Source: an uncultured Bdellovibrionales bacterium (lineage in GTDB: Bacteria; Patescibacteriota; Minisyncoccia; Moranbacterales; DUUL01). Taken from it: a stretch of 64,000 nt of DNA. Shown piece by piece: positions 28,564-38,265 of the stretch (within the stretch, counting starts at the first letter, position 1; each line of letters starts with the position of its first letter). The notes under the pieces were generated by a model, which searched no databases, had not been told where the DNA came from, and saw only the letters and a list, made by a program, of their open reading frames with translations. The stretch spans positions 78 through 64,077 of the forward strand of contig CAZKWX010000003.1 of the NCBI GenBank assembly GCA_964556685.1. Direction: 5' to 3'. A program made the position numbers and the translations under genes.

Positions 28564-31500
28564 TTATTTTGAATTATTTTTCCCTTCTTCCAGTCGTTCT
28601 TTTTTTTCTTCTGAGTCAATTTCTTTGACTATTCTGGCCACTTCATCATAAGAAGTCTCGCCTAACAAAACTCTCAAGATGCCATCTTGAGCCATGGTCA
28701 TCATTCCCTCTTCGATGGCCTCTTTTCTAATTTCGCTAGTAGTGGGATTCTTAGCCAAAAATGTTTCCATCTCCGGATTAATTTCAAGCATCTCAGCAAT
28801 AGGAATTCTTCCTTGATAGCCAATGTCGCTGCACTTTTCACAGCCCACTGGATCATATATCTTTTTAATTGGGGGTGTTTTTATTCCTGTTTTGGGAGAA
28901 AGCTCTTCGAGTGCTTCGTTGATCTCTTCTTTTTCTGAATCAGTTGGCCTTCTTCCTTTTCGACAATCAGGACAAAGTTTTCGCACCAACCTTTGAGCGA
29001 TGAAGCAATTGGTTCCAGCAATCATATCAGAAAGACTCAGTCCCATATTAACTAGGCGCTGAATTGATCCAGCCGCACTGTTGGTGTGCAAGGTGCTCAA
29101 AACCAAATGGCCAGTTAGAGCCGCTTGATAGGCCGCTTCGGCTGTGTCACCATCCCGAATTTCACCCACCATCATAATGTCAGGATTTTGTCGGAGCAAG
29201 GCCCTGATAGCTGTTGCAAAAGTGTAGTCTTCTTTTTCTTTAATTTGAGTTTGAATAATCCCATCCAGTTGATATTCGATTGGATCTTCAACGGTAATTA
29301 TTTTTGATTCAGGACTATTAAGATAGGTCAAAGCACTATAGAGAGTAGTTGTTTTTCCGCTGCCGGTTGGCCCAGTGTTGATGATGATTCCATTGGGCTT
29401 CTTGATGTTGCGTTTGAGTTTTTCCAAGTTGAGTGGATGCAAGTTTAATTTTTCAAGTTCAGTCGCCTGAGCTGCTTGGTTGAGCAAGCGCATCACGATA
29501 ATGTCTCCGAAGCCACCCAAAATGATCGAGACTCTCACGTCAATTCTTTTATCTTTGATTTCTTTCATGTCATCGGGAACACTAATTCTGAACCTTCCAT
29601 CAATCACCCCTTGTCTGATTTGAGTTTTGAATCCAGAAAGGTTTTTGATTTCATTCAAAACATTTAAAAATTCGGTCATCGGCAATCTCACAATATCATG
29701 TAAAATTCCGTCGATTCTGAATCGAACTTTAAAGTCATTTTCCCCTGGTTCAATGTGAATATCACCCGCTCTCATGAACAGCGCTGCCGAAAGAACATAC
29801 TTAATGATCTCACTCAGAGAAGCCTTCTGAAGTTTTGTTTCCAATTTTTCATAATCTTTGGATAGTTTTTTAGTTTTATCCATAATTTCTTTTTCAATCA
29901 TGACTCCTCTTGAAAGAGATTGAATGACAATCTTTTCATAGATTTTCATGAGATATTCTCCTGTTCCAACCACTCGTTGCAATTCTTCCAGTGATGTTGT
30001 TCCTTGGATAGATTTTAGAATTCCATCTTGTTCATAGGTGATCATGCCATTCTCCAACGAAGCAATTCTTAAATCATCTTCAGTGGCAATTTTTTCAATC
30101 AGGTTTCTAATGTCATCATTGATAGTCATAACTTCAAAAATTCCTGTTCTCCCTCGATAGCCCAGCCCTTGACACTTGTGACATCCTTTTGGCCGCCAAA
30201 GATATTCTACCTTTTTAGGGATTTCCACCTTTGATTTGGGAGAAATTAACGAGAGCATCTTTTTGAGAGTGGTGATTGTTTCTTCGGCCGGCACATATTT
30301 TTCTTTACAATGAAAACAAAGTTTTCGCACCAATCTCTGGGCAATAAGACAATTTACGGCCGAAGCAATCAGGGCGGGTTTGACTCCCAAGTCAATCATG
30401 CGGCCAACTACTCCCGCTGAGCTGTTTGAGTGGATAGTGGTTAACACTAAATGACCGGTCAAGGCTGCATGGATTGCAATTTCGGCTGTAGCTTCATCCC
30501 GAATTTCACCCACTAAAATAATATCTGGGTCTTGACGAACAATTGAGCGAAGGCCTTTTTCAAAAGTATAACCCTTTTCATCCTCTACTTGAGTTTGACT
30601 AACTCCTGAAACTTGATATTCCACTGGATCTTCAATGCTAATAACTTTTTTGTCGGGAGAATTTATTCGATTGATGATTGAATAGAGAGTAGTAGTTTTA
30701 CCGCTGCCGGTTGGTCCAGAGTTGATGATCATGCCTTGCTTTCTCTCTGATTCAGCTACTAGCCAATCATAACTCAACCCAGTCAATCCTGCTTTTTTGA
30801 GATCAAGTTCTTCGATGTCTTGACCCAACAGTCGAATCACAATATTTTCTCCGTGATTGCCAGGAAGCACTGAAACTCGAACATCAATTTCATCTCCCTT
30901 TTCTTCGTCAAGTTTGATGGAAAACCTTCCATCTTGAGCAACTTCTCTCACATTGACCATCATTTTGCTCAATATTTTTATTCGAGACAAAATTGTGGGA
31001 TAGATGTTGATGGAAAATTCCGCTACCGTCTGAAGCACCCCATCAATTCGGTAACGCAACCTGACTTTCTCGTCTTTTTCTGGTTCAAAGTGAATATCCG
31101 ATGCTCTGAGTTTCATCGCTCCAGCAAAAATCATATTCAGAACCTCAGTCACTGGGAGTTCGTTAATTCTTTTTTCCAAATCAATAACTCCTTCGAGATC
31201 TTTTTCGAACTCTTCCAGATCTCTCCCCTTCAGATTCATCCTCATATAGTCAAAGACCTCAGTTAGTCTAGTCTTTTTGTATTCGCCTAGCGCTGCTTCG
31301 AAAGAAGTTTTTGAAACTACAAATACTTCAACTTTATAGCCCTCTTTTTTCTCCAAATTTTCCAGATAGGTTTTAACTTCCTTAGGCTGCGGATTAACAG
31401 CAGCGACCTTGATGTCTTTTTCCTTCCGGTAGATGGCCATCAGATTTAACTTTTTGGCCTCTGTCTCAGGAACAACCCAAATGCTTTCCTGATCAATGGG

Positions 31501-31668
31501 AAAGATATTCAAATCTAAGTAGGGGTAGTTCAAGGACTTGGCAAATCGAGCCGCTTCTTCCTCCTCTGACTTCTGGCGAAGCGTTTTCAGCACTTTGCGA
31601 ACTTTTGTGGGATCGGCCATTCCTGGATTATGGATTTTTTTTGTTTTTTTATTTTCTTTTTTTGGCAT
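28564..31668 (-). CDS. Tandem double GspE/PilB ATPase (two complete ATPase modules)
   Basis: Two copies each of ASDIH/AGDIH, RxRIDG, GPTGSGKTTT, EDPxEY, VGEIRD, TGHLV and the CxxC..CxxC site. Confidence 0.93.
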   Translation of the reverse strand: MPKKENKKTKKIHNPGMADPTKVRKVLKTLRQKSEEEEAARFAKSLNYPYLDLNIFPIDQESIWVVPETEAKKLNLMAIYRKEKDIKVAAVNPQPKEVKTYLENLEKKEGYKVEVFVVSKTSFEAALGEYKKTRLTEVFDYMRMNLKGRDLEEFEKDLEGVIDLEKRINELPVTEVLNMIFAGAMKLRASDIHFEPEKDEKVRLRYRIDGVLQTVAEFSINIYPTILSRIKILSKMMVNVREVAQDGRFSIKLDEEKGDEIDVRVSVLPGNHGENIVIRLLGQDIEELDLKKAGLTGLSYDWLVAESERKQGMIINSGPTGSGKTTTLYSIINRINSPDKKVISIEDPVEYQVSGVSQTQVEDEKGYTFEKGLRSIVRQDPDIILVGEIRDEATAEIAIHAALTGHLVLTTIHSNSSAGVVGRMIDLGVKPALIASAVNCLIAQRLVRKLCFHCKEKYVPAEETITTLKKMLSLISPKSKVEIPKKVEYLWRPKGCHKCQGLGYRGRTGIFEVMTINDDIRNLIEKIATEDDLRIASLENGMITYEQDGILKSIQGTTSLEELQRVVGTGEYLMKIYEKIVIQSLSRGVMIEKEIMDKTKKLSKDYEKLETKLQKASLSEIIKYVLSAALFMRAGDIHIEPGENDFKVRFRIDGILHDIVRLPMTEFLNVLNEIKNLSGFKTQIRQGVIDGRFRISVPDDMKEIKDKRIDVRVSIILGGFGDIIVMRLLNQAAQATELEKLNLHPLNLEKLKRNIKKPNGIIINTGPTGSGKTTTLYSALTYLNSPESKIITVEDPIEYQLDGIIQTQIKEKEDYTFATAIRALLRQNPDIMMVGEIRDGDTAEAAYQAALTGHLVLSTLHTNSAAGSIQRLVNMGLSLSDMIAGTNCFIAQRLVRKLCPDCRKGRRPTDSEKEEINEALEELSPKTGIKTPPIKKIYDPVGCEKCSDIGYQGRIPIAEMLEINPEMETFLAKNPTTSEIRKEAIEEGMMTMAQDGILRVLLGETSYDEVARIVKEIDSEEKKERLEEGKNNSK

Positions 31669-31761
31669 TTTAGTAATATTTGAAGTAATTCACTTATGAT
31701 GAATCACTTTAATTATATCAATTTAAAAGGGGCTTGGAAACCCCTGTTTTTAGTCTATCTT

Positions 31762-32610
31762 TTAGTCTTCCGTTCTCTCTTTCAGCTCCTGCCATTTTTT
31801 GATCGAAAGATCTTCTGCTCTGACTTTTTCATCTAATTCAATGTCATTGAGTATTTTTTTAATTTCATTTTTTGGCTGGTATAGTCCGGCTGAAAGATTG
31901 TTCACTAGAGTTTTCCTCGGTGAAGCAAAACCAATTTTGACTAAATGGAAAAAGTCTTTATTTTGTTGAGGTTTCTTTTTAAATGGAATGATCTTCAAAA
32001 TTGCACTATCCACTTTTGGCACTGGTTCAAAGCTCTCTTTGGGAACACAATCAATAATTTCTGGCTTTCCAAAATATTGTACCGACACAGCCAAGATGCT
32101 CATATCTCCTGGCTGGGCGCAAATTCGTTCAGCCACTTCTTTTTGAATTAATAATACAATTAATTTTGGCATATACTCTGTCTCAAAAAGCAAACGAATT
32201 ATTTTTCCCGTTATATAGTACGGAATATTGGCTACTACTTTGTAGTCTTGGAAATTGTTTTTTTCTATTAACTCGGGAAGGGTCACCTCTAAGATATCTC
32301 CTATTACAACTTGCGAAATTTTATTATTGAAATTATTGATATTATTAATTTGGTTTTTAGGCTTTGGACTTGATTGATAATTGATAATTGATAATTGATA
32401 ATTGTGCGCAAGACTCCTTGCCAACTCTTCATCTTTCTCAATAGCTATCACTCTTCCTGCATATGCAACTAATTCCTTTGTCAGCGCTCCCTTCCCTGGT
32501 CCAATCTCAAGAACATTGTCCTTCTTTGACAATTCTGCCGCTTTCACTATTTTTCCTAAGGCTTTTTGATCAACCAACCAATTCTGCCCAAGATATTTTT
32601 TCGGTTTCAT
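31762..32610 (-). CDS. rsmA: 16S rRNA dimethyladenosine transferase
   Basis: KKYLGQNWL, VLEIGPGKGALT, VANIPYYIT, PVPKVDSAIL. Confidence 0.96.
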   Translation of the reverse strand: MKPKKYLGQNWLVDQKALGKIVKAAELSKKDNVLEIGPGKGALTKELVAYAGRVIAIEKDEELARSLAHNYQLSIINYQSSPKPKNQINNINNFNNKISQVVIGDILEVTLPELIEKNNFQDYKVVANIPYYITGKIIRLLFETEYMPKLIVLLIQKEVAERICAQPGDMSILAVSVQYFGKPEIIDCVPKESFEPVPKVDSAILKIIPFKKKPQQNKDFFHLVKIGFASPRKTLVNNLSAGLYQPKNEIKKILNDIELDEKVRAEDLSIKKWQELKERTED

Positions 32611-32645
32611 TTTTATACATAATACTTAATACGTGATACATAATA

Positions 32646-33587
32646 CTATTCTAAAATCTCTTCCACTTTCACTTCAATCACCCCTTTCCCCAATGGAGCC
32701 AGTTTTTCGAAAGCCACTTTGTCTAAATCTATCATCTTTCCTGTTCCGCGCATAGGTCCAAAGTCATTAACTTGCACAAAAACTCGTTTGCCATTTTCTC
32801 GATTGGTCACTCGCAGCCAAGTTCCTCGCGGGAACATTCGGGAAGCGCAAGCCATGGTGCCGGCGTGGGTATACCAACTGGCCACTCCCACCTTGGTCTT
32901 GCCCACTTCCACTTTGGTGCCGATTCGCACAATTTCTTTCACTGGCTTTTTGAGCACTTTGGAAGAGAGTTCTTCTTTGGAAATTTTTTTGCCATTTTTA
33001 TAGGTAACTCGATAAGTTACTTCCTCTAAGCCTTTTTCACCTTCTTGTTTAACCTTTTTTCTTCTCCAGCGCAAATCATCATCTTCTTTCTCCACTGTTT
33101 TAAAATCGATCTTTTCTTCCGCCGTCACTTCTTCAATGTTAATTCGGGTTACCACAATCTCCATATCTTTTTGCAAAACCGTGTCTTTCCCTGGTTCCAC
33201 TTTGTCCAGATGACTCATCGTCACCCCGGTTCCAGCTAGCGCCCCGGAAACACTGGTGGCAAAAACATTTTTCTCAATTACTCTACGGTCCACTTCGATC
33301 ACGACCGGCATGGCTCGTTCAATTTCCACTGTCAATCCCGGTGTCACTCGAGCTGCCAATCCTGGATAGACTCGATCATCAGCTCCCAAGCTGATTCCCT
33401 GGCTTTCAATCAAGCTTTTTACGTTTTCAACACTTGAATTTATGTTGTAACGAAAGCCATTATCTACTAAAATAACATTTTTTTCTCCCGAAAAATTCAC
33501 CTGTCTCTTCCCAAACCAAAAAGCTCCCGCTCTGGCTCCCAGCAGAATCAAAACTAAAAGAAAAGTTATGAAAATCGCCCTTTTCAT
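32646..33587 (-). CDS. DUF348/G5 plus RlpA-like DPBB cell-wall protein
   Basis: DUF348-like repeats, G5 (VKQEGEKG..PVKEIVRIGTK), GVASWY, VQVNDFGP..IDL. Confidence 0.88.
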   Translation of the reverse strand: MKRAIFITFLLVLILLGARAGAFWFGKRQVNFSGEKNVILVDNGFRYNINSSVENVKSLIESQGISLGADDRVYPGLAARVTPGLTVEIERAMPVVIEVDRRVIEKNVFATSVSGALAGTGVTMSHLDKVEPGKDTVLQKDMEIVVTRINIEEVTAEEKIDFKTVEKEDDDLRWRRKKVKQEGEKGLEEVTYRVTYKNGKKISKEELSSKVLKKPVKEIVRIGTKVEVGKTKVGVASWYTHAGTMACASRMFPRGTWLRVTNRENGKRVFVQVNDFGPMRGTGKMIDLDKVAFEKLAPLGKGVIEVKVEEILE

Positions 33588-33787
33588 CGACGATGATTAT
33601 AGCATAAGTATTTTATCTGGGTAGGGCCAAAAAATAGTATATACTATGGTATATACTATTTTTTGGCCGATAAAACTTGAGTGCTTCTTCATCGCAAATT
33701 TTCTCTTTTGATACTATTTAATTATCTACAAGCTAATGATAGACAATGAGGTATTAAAAAACAAGGTGAACACCTTGTTTTTATCTG

Positions 33788-34086
33788 AGCCGAGACCAGG
33801 AATTGAACTCGCCCCGCACCAATACTTTCTTATCGCTTAAAAATCAATAGAATGGAGCCGAAGACCGGGCTTGAACCGATAACCTACCGCTTACAAGGCG
33901 GTTGCCCCGCCTGCCTATGCCTGAGCCCACGGTCGGGCTTGAACCGACAACCTACCGCTTACAAGGCGGTTGCTCTACCAATTGAGCTACGTGGGCTTAG
34001 GCGAAGGCGGGCAGGTCTACCATTGAGTCCCGATGTACCGCAAGGCGGTAATCGGGACCCCGACTTCACGTCAGGGCTATCTCGGC
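33788..34086 (-). pseudogene. Fragmented outer tRNA-Thr-like gene(s) surrounding the intact tRNA-Thr(TGT)
   Basis: 5' GCCGAGATAGC / TCAATGGTAGA split by palindromic inserts; 3' pieces at 33853-33905 and 33788-33808. Confidence 0.75.
33924..33996 (-). tRNA. tRNA-Thr (TGT)
   Basis: GCCCACG/CGTGGGC, ACCGC-CTTGTAA-GCGGT, GTCGG-TTCAAGC-CCGAC. Confidence 0.95.
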
Positions 34087-34180
34087 AAGAAGAATCAGCG
34101 TCTGCACTTCGTAAACCCCGCTCTTTAACATAAACATAAAGGACGGGACGAGATAGTGGGCCACCTCGAGACGAAACTCG

Positions 34181-34869
34181 AAGGATGGGAAAATTGCCAA
34201 AACGGCGAAGTAAGAACCAACTGAGAAAAAAGCGAAAGTAGATGATCAGAAAAATAATTCTTGGATAGAGTAACAGTAATTAATTCAATCCATCAATCTG
34301 TATTTGATCATATGAAATAAAAACTGTAAAGCTGCAATAAATATTGAATTTATTTTATAAAATAAGAATGTCGATATTATATTCCTAATCGCGTCCAGAC
34401 ACAACAATTACATATCCAGCTGGGTCTCTAAAAGAAAATTCGTATGACCCATAATCAGTTTCAATCGGACCGGTTTCAACAGAACATTCCTTTTCACGCA
34501 GCTTTTCTAAAAGAGCCTTTGCGTAAGTTACCGGTTTAATCCGCATGACCAAAGCAAAATTTGGCTTGCCAGTCTCATTCGACACTCCGGAAAGCTCTTT
34601 GCTTAGATAGTCCAACCGTTCAAACATGAGCCGCGATGTTCCAGAAGAAATCTCGGCCCAAAACGGAATACCGCGCTCATCCTTCTCAATTTCTAATAGC
34701 TTGCATCCAAGAATATCAACATAAAAGTCTAAGACACTTTGGATGTCTCCAACACCTAATTCAAGAACGAATTGTGTACTTTTTTTCATTATTCGGCCTC
34801 CTTCTTAGTTACTAGGACACAAATTGAAAAAGCCAGACCTCAAGGATGGGAAGATTGCTAAAACGGCGA
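34181..34869. mobile_element. Small cassette bounded by 28-bp direct repeats next to the tRNA-Tyr 3' end
   Basis: AAGGATGGGAAAATTGCCAAAACGGCGA (34181-34208) vs AAGGATGGGAAGATTGCTAAAACGGCGA (34842-34869), 26/28 identical. Confidence 0.5.
34385..34789 (-). CDS. VOC/glyoxalase family protein
   Basis: LGVGDIQSVLDFYVDILG, YGSYEFSFRDPAGY; AAGGAGG SD. Confidence 0.9.
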   Translation of the reverse strand: MKKSTQFVLELGVGDIQSVLDFYVDILGCKLLEIEKDERGIPFWAEISSGTSRLMFERLDYLSKELSGVSNETGKPNFALVMRIKPVTYAKALLEKLREKECSVETGPIETDYGSYEFSFRDPAGYVIVVSGRD

Positions 34870-34871
34870 TA

Positions 34872-34957
34872 TGGTGGGCCGGGAGAGATTCGAACTCCCG
34901 TAGGCTTGCGCCGCCAGATTTACAGTCTGGTGCATTTGACCGCTCTGCCACCGACCC
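34872..34957 (-). tRNA. tRNA-Tyr (GTA)
   Basis: GGGTCGG/CCGGCCC, CCAGA-CTGTAAA-TCTGG, long variable arm, encoded CCA. Confidence 0.96.
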
Positions 34958-34999
34958 ATGATTTGTCGCTTTTAAATTAATTTATAACGATTTGGTAGT

Positions 35000-35137
35000 G
35001 CCTGCACTTCGTAGCCTTGGTGTTTATAGCACAGATCTTTGAATTCTCAATTATCTGCCCTACTTCGCTACCTACTTCGCTAAAGCTACGAAGGTCAAGA
35101 AAGCTTCGAAGGGCACTACTTCACCAAGGCGAAGTAG
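35000..35137. repeat. Nested REP-like elements between tRNA genes
   Basis: CTTCGTAGCCTTGGTG...CACCAAGGCGAAG encloses CTGCCCTACTTCGCT[ACCTACTTCGCTAAAGCTACGAAGGTCAAG]AAAGCTTCGAAGGGCA. Confidence 0.7.
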
Positions 35138-35139
35138 TG

Positions 35140-35422
35140 AGCCGTTGCGCGGGGTTGAACCGCGGACCTCATCCTTCATTTACACCTCTATTTTAATTAG
35201 CACGATATTAGAGGATTAGACTGTATCTTAGACTTATCCTGAAAACACTTAGGACTTAGTCTCTCTTGTCAGTCGTTCGGGCCCTACTACGATAGTGCCA
35301 CGGTCTTGACCTCGTACCAGGCTTTTAACCGTTATTCGAGATTCACATTACTGTTTCCAATTATGTGGGCATGGACTCTTCGTCCCACCATGGATGCGCT
35401 CTACCAACTGAGCTACAACGGC
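35140..35422 (-). tRNA. tRNA-Thr (GGT) interrupted by a group I intron; exons 35387-35422 and 35140-35176
   Basis: Joined exons give a 73-nt cloverleaf: GCCGTTG/CAACGGC, CATCC-ATGGTAA-GGATG, CGCGG-TTCAACC-CCGCG. Confidence 0.9.
35177..35386 (-). ncRNA. Group I self-splicing intron (210 nt, no ORF)
   Basis: Follows exon U36, ends in G, P1 with U.G at the splice site, R-like CGACTGA and S-like AAGATACAGTCT forming P7. Confidence 0.85.
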
Positions 35423-35581
35423 ATTGAAGCAAAACATCTCTTATGAACTTGAGTTGCTGCTGATAAACAAAAAATTTTAGGGCGGTTCTGAAGTATATAA
35501 TTCCAAATTCTAACACTTTGTAGTGGTTCCTGAAATTTTTTTGTGAAGCAGTAGCAATTCAAGTGAATATTAATTTTGTAT

Positions 35582-36643
35582 TTATTTCAGTCTCTTGAGA
35601 AGCTTGATTTTTTCCAATTTTCTTCTCGCATCAGCGTCTCGAGCGGCAATTTGCAAAATAAATTTATATGACTCTTCAGCATCTTCATAGTTCCCCATTC
35701 TGATATACAGCTCTCCCAATTCTCGATAATTTTCAGTGTTCCGAGGATTTTTCTCGACTTTTTGAAGAATCTTTTTTTCCAGAATCTCCTTATCAACACC
35801 CAGTTCATCATCACTCAGCCCTTCTGTTTTTTGAATTGTCACCACATCGTTAAGAATATTTTCGTTGTCTTCCTCGCCATGTTTCTCCACTTTTACCACT
35901 CCATCAGAAAAACTTTCTTCGGTCATTGGGACGGTCGCATCACCAGCCACATAATCGACTCCTTTGATCTCTTCTTTTTTCTTTTTCCCAAACAGCCGAC
36001 CAAAAAATCCTTTTTTTGCTCCCGGCTCTCCAATCTCAACCCTTTCTTCTGTTTCATCGGCAATCACTTCTAGATTATTCCCTTCTGCGACTGCTTCCTG
36101 TTGAGCAGTCTCACTGATCATTGGTTTTGGCTGGGGAGATTCAGCTATCTCTGGAGTAGTATCAACTGCTTCGGTTGATTTTTGAGCCAGTCTCATCTTT
36201 TCAGCAATAAATTCTTCTTGAGCTGTGAATTGTTTCTTTGCTGCCTCTTCTTCAACATTGGCTAGGTCTTCATTGATAACTGTGTCAAGATTCTTTTCTT
36301 CTTCTATCAGCAATTCCTCCTTGGCCTCAATTTCATCTTGAACTCCATTGCCATTCTTGCCTTTTTTTGTCTTAATCAGCCAAAAATGAATCAGGTGGAG
36401 AAGTTTTTTGATCTTTTTCACAAACCATTCAGCGATGACAATGAAAAACTGTTTGATCTTGCTAAATATTAGAACGAAAAAACCAGCAATGGGATTTCTT
36501 TTCCTTTCTTCTCCGCCACTTTCCCTCGCTTCTTTTTCAATAGCTTTTAAATTGATTTTCTTTGCGTTCTTACCAAAAATGATGATGATAACAATCAAGC
36601 TAATAAAGATAAGGCCTATAAAAATGAGACTGATCAAATTCAT
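35582..36643 (-). CDS. Membrane-anchored protein with a C-terminal TPR
   Basis: N-terminal TM; NPRNTENYRELGELYIRMGNYEDAEESY. Confidence 0.85.
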   Translation of the reverse strand: MNLISLIFIGLIFISLIVIIIIFGKNAKKINLKAIEKEARESGGEERKRNPIAGFFVLIFSKIKQFFIVIAEWFVKKIKKLLHLIHFWLIKTKKGKNGNGVQDEIEAKEELLIEEEKNLDTVINEDLANVEEEAAKKQFTAQEEFIAEKMRLAQKSTEAVDTTPEIAESPQPKPMISETAQQEAVAEGNNLEVIADETEERVEIGEPGAKKGFFGRLFGKKKKEEIKGVDYVAGDATVPMTEESFSDGVVKVEKHGEEDNENILNDVVTIQKTEGLSDDELGVDKEILEKKILQKVEKNPRNTENYRELGELYIRMGNYEDAEESYKFILQIAARDADARRKLEKIKLLKRLK

Positions 36644-36672
36644 TTTTGTAGAGTCGTTTAGTTAGATTAAAT

Positions 36673-37446
36673 TTAGATTGTTTTAGCTTTTTCTTTCTCC
36701 ACAGTTATTTCCGTTCCGTCTTCTAATCTCACTTTTACTTTTTGAGACATGGCTTGAAGATCAATCACCTCACCAATTTTCCCATCAACCTTCACCTTTG
36801 TTCCCTTGGGAGGCAATTTGCCCAGAGATTCTTCATATTGGTCAGCTTCATAGGCCAAACAACACATTAATCTTCCACACAGACCAGAGATTCGATCACT
36901 TCCTCGATGAGAAATGAGTTGGCAACGAGCCATTTCTGTGGAAATACTTTTTAATCCACCAGTTGAATTCATGCAACACAGTTCTTTGCCACAAATTCCA
37001 TATCCGCCGCATCTTCTTGCTTCGTCTCGAGAACCAATTTGTTGGAGACGAACTGATTTTCCAAATTTTGTTGAAAGATTTTTTACCATTGAGCGAAAAT
37101 CAACTCGTCCATCAGCCACAAAAGCAATCACCACACAGCTGCCGTCAATGCTTATCCGGGCATCAATAATTTTCATGGGCAATTCCAGAGCTCTGGCTTG
37201 ATTTTTTGCTTCTCTGAGAATTTCTTTCTCCTTTTTCTGGTTATCTTTAATTTCCCTGACGTCCCCTGGAGAAGCTTTCCTTTTAACTCTTCCAACTGTT
37301 TCATCGCCTTCAATATTTTTGTCGGCTATCAGAATTTCTGCCAAAAATGTGCCCCATTCGTGATCCACGATCACCTCACCTTTCTTTATTGAAAGATCGC
37401 AAGAGACATTTCTTGGTTGATCCCAATCGAAAAATCTAACAATCAT
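36673..37446 (-). CDS. ricT: PSP1/RicT (YaaT) family protein
   Basis: ADGRVDFRSMVK, RDEARRCGGYGICGKELCC, ISGLCGRLMCCLAYE. Confidence 0.9.
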   Translation of the reverse strand: MIVRFFDWDQPRNVSCDLSIKKGEVIVDHEWGTFLAEILIADKNIEGDETVGRVKRKASPGDVREIKDNQKKEKEILREAKNQARALELPMKIIDARISIDGSCVVIAFVADGRVDFRSMVKNLSTKFGKSVRLQQIGSRDEARRCGGYGICGKELCCMNSTGGLKSISTEMARCQLISHRGSDRISGLCGRLMCCLAYEADQYEESLGKLPPKGTKVKVDGKIGEVIDLQAMSQKVKVRLEDGTEITVEKEKAKTI

Positions 37447-37570
37447 TTTTTTTGAATTATGAATTTCGAATTTGGTATTTTGAATAAGAACAGAGCAATC
37501 AGCCAGCAATGTTAAACTCTCGATTCAACATTCTCATTCTAAATTCTAAATACCTAATTCTAAATTCTGT

Positions 37571-38149
37571 CTAAAGTTCTAGGCGAACAAAATTTTCAAT
37601 GATGATGTTCTCTCCAATAGTAGCGATCTTTTCCTTGAGAACTTCTTCCACTGTTCTGTCTTGATCTTTGATAAAAGCCTGAGAAAGCAATGCATTTTCT
37701 GCTCGAAATTTCTTTTCTTTTCCTTCCATGATTTTTTCAGCCACCTCAGCCGGCTTTCCTTCTTTTTCAACTTCTTCTTTCCAAAATTTCTTCTGATTTT
37801 CAATCATGTCCTCTGGCACATCTTCTGGAGCAACTGCTTTTGGATTCATGGCAGTGACTTGCATGGCCACATCCTTGGCAAATTCTTGAAATTCATCGTT
37901 GCGAGCAACAAAATCGGTTTCACACAGAATTTTTACTAAAGCTGCCACTTTACCATTGCTGTGAACATAAGATGTGACAACACCTTCTCTTGCTTCACGG
38001 TCACCTTTCCTGGCCGCCTTTTCCAAGCCTCTCTTGTGAAGAATTTCCAAAGCTTTTTTTTCATCACCGTCAGCTTCATCTAAGGCCTTCTTAACATCAA
38101 TCACTCCAGCGCCAGTTTGCTGCCTAATTTTTTTTACAAGATCTAGCAT
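37571..38149 (-). CDS. tsf: Elongation factor Ts (short form)
   Basis: IRQQTGAGVIDVKKAL, CETDFVARN. Confidence 0.96.
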   Translation of the reverse strand: MLDLVKKIRQQTGAGVIDVKKALDEADGDEKKALEILHKRGLEKAARKGDREAREGVVTSYVHSNGKVAALVKILCETDFVARNDEFQEFAKDVAMQVTAMNPKAVAPEDVPEDMIENQKKFWKEEVEKEGKPAEVAEKIMEGKEKKFRAENALLSQAFIKDQDRTVEEVLKEKIATIGENIIIENFVRLEL

Positions 38150-38265
38150 TTTTTTTCTAATCTATAATTTTCAATAAGATCATAACATTCGATTGGAGAT
38201 TGAAAATTGTCCTATTGGAAATTAAATAAAAATTAAAAATTTTAAATTGAAAATTAGTTTCTACA

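Noticed and set aside
33852-34133. 93-aa ORF on the + strand
   Set aside because: Antisense translation of tRNA sequences and palindromes
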